Positions 63,325-64,000 of a DNA stretch of 64,000 nucleotides are shown piece by piece (the first letter of the stretch is position 1; every line of letters begins with the position of its first letter). The notes beneath the pieces were generated by a model. The model saw only the letters and a program-made list of their open reading frames with translations, made no database searches and was not told the DNA's origin. The position numbers and the translations under genes are program-made. The stretch is from Endomicrobiales bacterium (GTDB lineage: Bacteria; Elusimicrobiota; Endomicrobiia; Endomicrobiales; JALOBY01): contig CAWCNJ010000003.1 in NCBI GenBank assembly GCA_963796955.1, positions 76,037-140,036 of the forward strand, read 5' to 3'.

Positions 63325-64000
63325 ATGTCAGAACTAAGAAAAGATCCTATCACTGCCAGGTGGGTTATCATTTCCTCCGAAAGGGGAAAGCGACCCTCTG
63401 AATTCTGCGAAACGGATGAGATAACCAGCCCCAAGGCCTGCCCCTTTTGCCCCGGCCATGAAGCCATGACCCCGCCCGAGATAGCCGCGATCGGTCCGGC
63501 AGGCCGGTCTCGGAATACGGCCGGTTGGGATATTCGTATCGTGCCGAATAAGTTCCCCGCGCTCAGCGTTGACATTCAAACCTCGCGCCAGGGCGAAGGT
63601 ATGTACGACAGGATGAGCGGCGTCGGCGCCCACGAGGTTATCATAGAGACGAACGATCATTTGCAGCGCTTCCATGAATTCAGCGACAAACATATTGAAG
63701 ATATTTTGTGGCTGTACCGAGAGCGTATCATAGACCTGAAACACGACACGCGCCTTGAATATATGCTGCTGTTCAAGAATTCCGGTTCAGCCGCCGGCGC
63801 CACTCTTTCACACCAGCACAGCCAGCTGATAGCGACCCCGGTAGTGCCTAAAAGGGTGCGCGAGGAGATCGCGGGCGCCAAAAGCTATTATGAATACAAA
63901 GAGCGCTGTGTGTACTGCGATATCATCCATCAGGAATTATCCAATCCCCTGCGCATCGTCGGCGAGAACGAGCATTTTATCGCCCTGTGTCCTTTCGCTT
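63325..64000 (+). CDS. galT: Galactose-1-phosphate uridylyltransferase (HIT superfamily), truncated at its 3' end by the window edge
   Basis: My own translation from ATG 63325 (GGAGG RBS at 63316-20) gives MSELRKDPITARWVIISSERGKRP..CPFCPGHEAMTPPE..VPNKFPAL..GAHEVIIET..SHQHSQLIATP..CVYCDI. It is absent from the ORF track because no stop codon falls inside the window. Confidence 0.85.
   Translation, partial: MSELRKDPITARWVIISSERGKRPSEFCETDEITSPKACPFCPGHEAMTPPEIAAIGPAGRSRNTAGWDIRIVPNKFPALSVDIQTSRQGEGMYDRMSGVGAHEVIIETNDHLQRFHEFSDKHIEDILWLYRERIIDLKHDTRLEYMLLFKNSGSAAGATLSHQHSQLIATPVVPKRVREEIAGAKSYYEYKERCVYCDIIHQELSNPLRIVGENEHFIALCPFA

Overview
This is a 64-kb chromosomal segment from a diderm bacterium (LolA, MurJ and an outer-membrane barrel are present). 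I cannot assign the lineage by eye; the gene content resembles uncultivated PVC/FCB/Elusimicrobia-type groups. There are about 55 genes. All but one lie on the + strand, and many are joined by ATGA/TGATG/GTGA start-stop overlaps. Left third (1-23.3 kb): an envelope-glycan locus with GT2, a fused GT4-GT4, an SDR epimerase, a DegT aminotransferase and murJ. It is interrupted by a visibly AT-rich insert that carries an IS3-family element inside a decayed beta-helix surface-protein gene, a YVTN beta-propeller protein and an SLT-domain protein. Next come a lone minus-strand HAMP/class III cyclase and a tightly packed module: a barrel-TPR protein, a PrsW-like membrane protease, a 1385-aa Gly-rich/FN3/FlgD-Ig-like surface protein and a GT4. 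A small AT-rich nucleotidyltransferase + 65-aa ORF cassette follows. Middle (23.3-41.8 kb): a housekeeping array of rimP-nusA-infB-rbfA-nrnA-truB-ribF, rpsO-pnp, a BCCP-like gene, a wHTH gene, ftsK, lolA-like, rodZ-like, rimO, pgsA, pgpA, an MBL hydrolase, xerD and smr. Right third (41.8-57.4 kb): a MoxR / DUF58 / BatA-N-VWA / DUF4159 / VWA-GATase-like / DUF4175 (Bat-like) cluster. Unusually, it has a TerB-like gene and two DUF2723+TPR (GT-C-like) paralogs inserted, and it ends with a HExxH-TPR protein. This cluster carries five reading-frame lesions: four 1-nt indels, at least three of them in short homopolymers, and one in-frame TGA. The window ends with a CpXC protein, a small membrane protein, a PolyA-pol/CCA-type NTase, an M50 protease, trpS, scpA, scpB, a TIM-barrel isomerase and a partial galT. 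I recognised no rRNA, tRNA or CRISPR array. The best candidates for an undescribed system are the barrel-TPR/PrsW/giant-adhesin/GT4 module (13.7-22.5 kb) and the expanded Bat-like cluster with embedded GT-C-like enzymes (41.9-57.4 kb). All family assignments come from motif recognition in the supplied translations, not from database searches.
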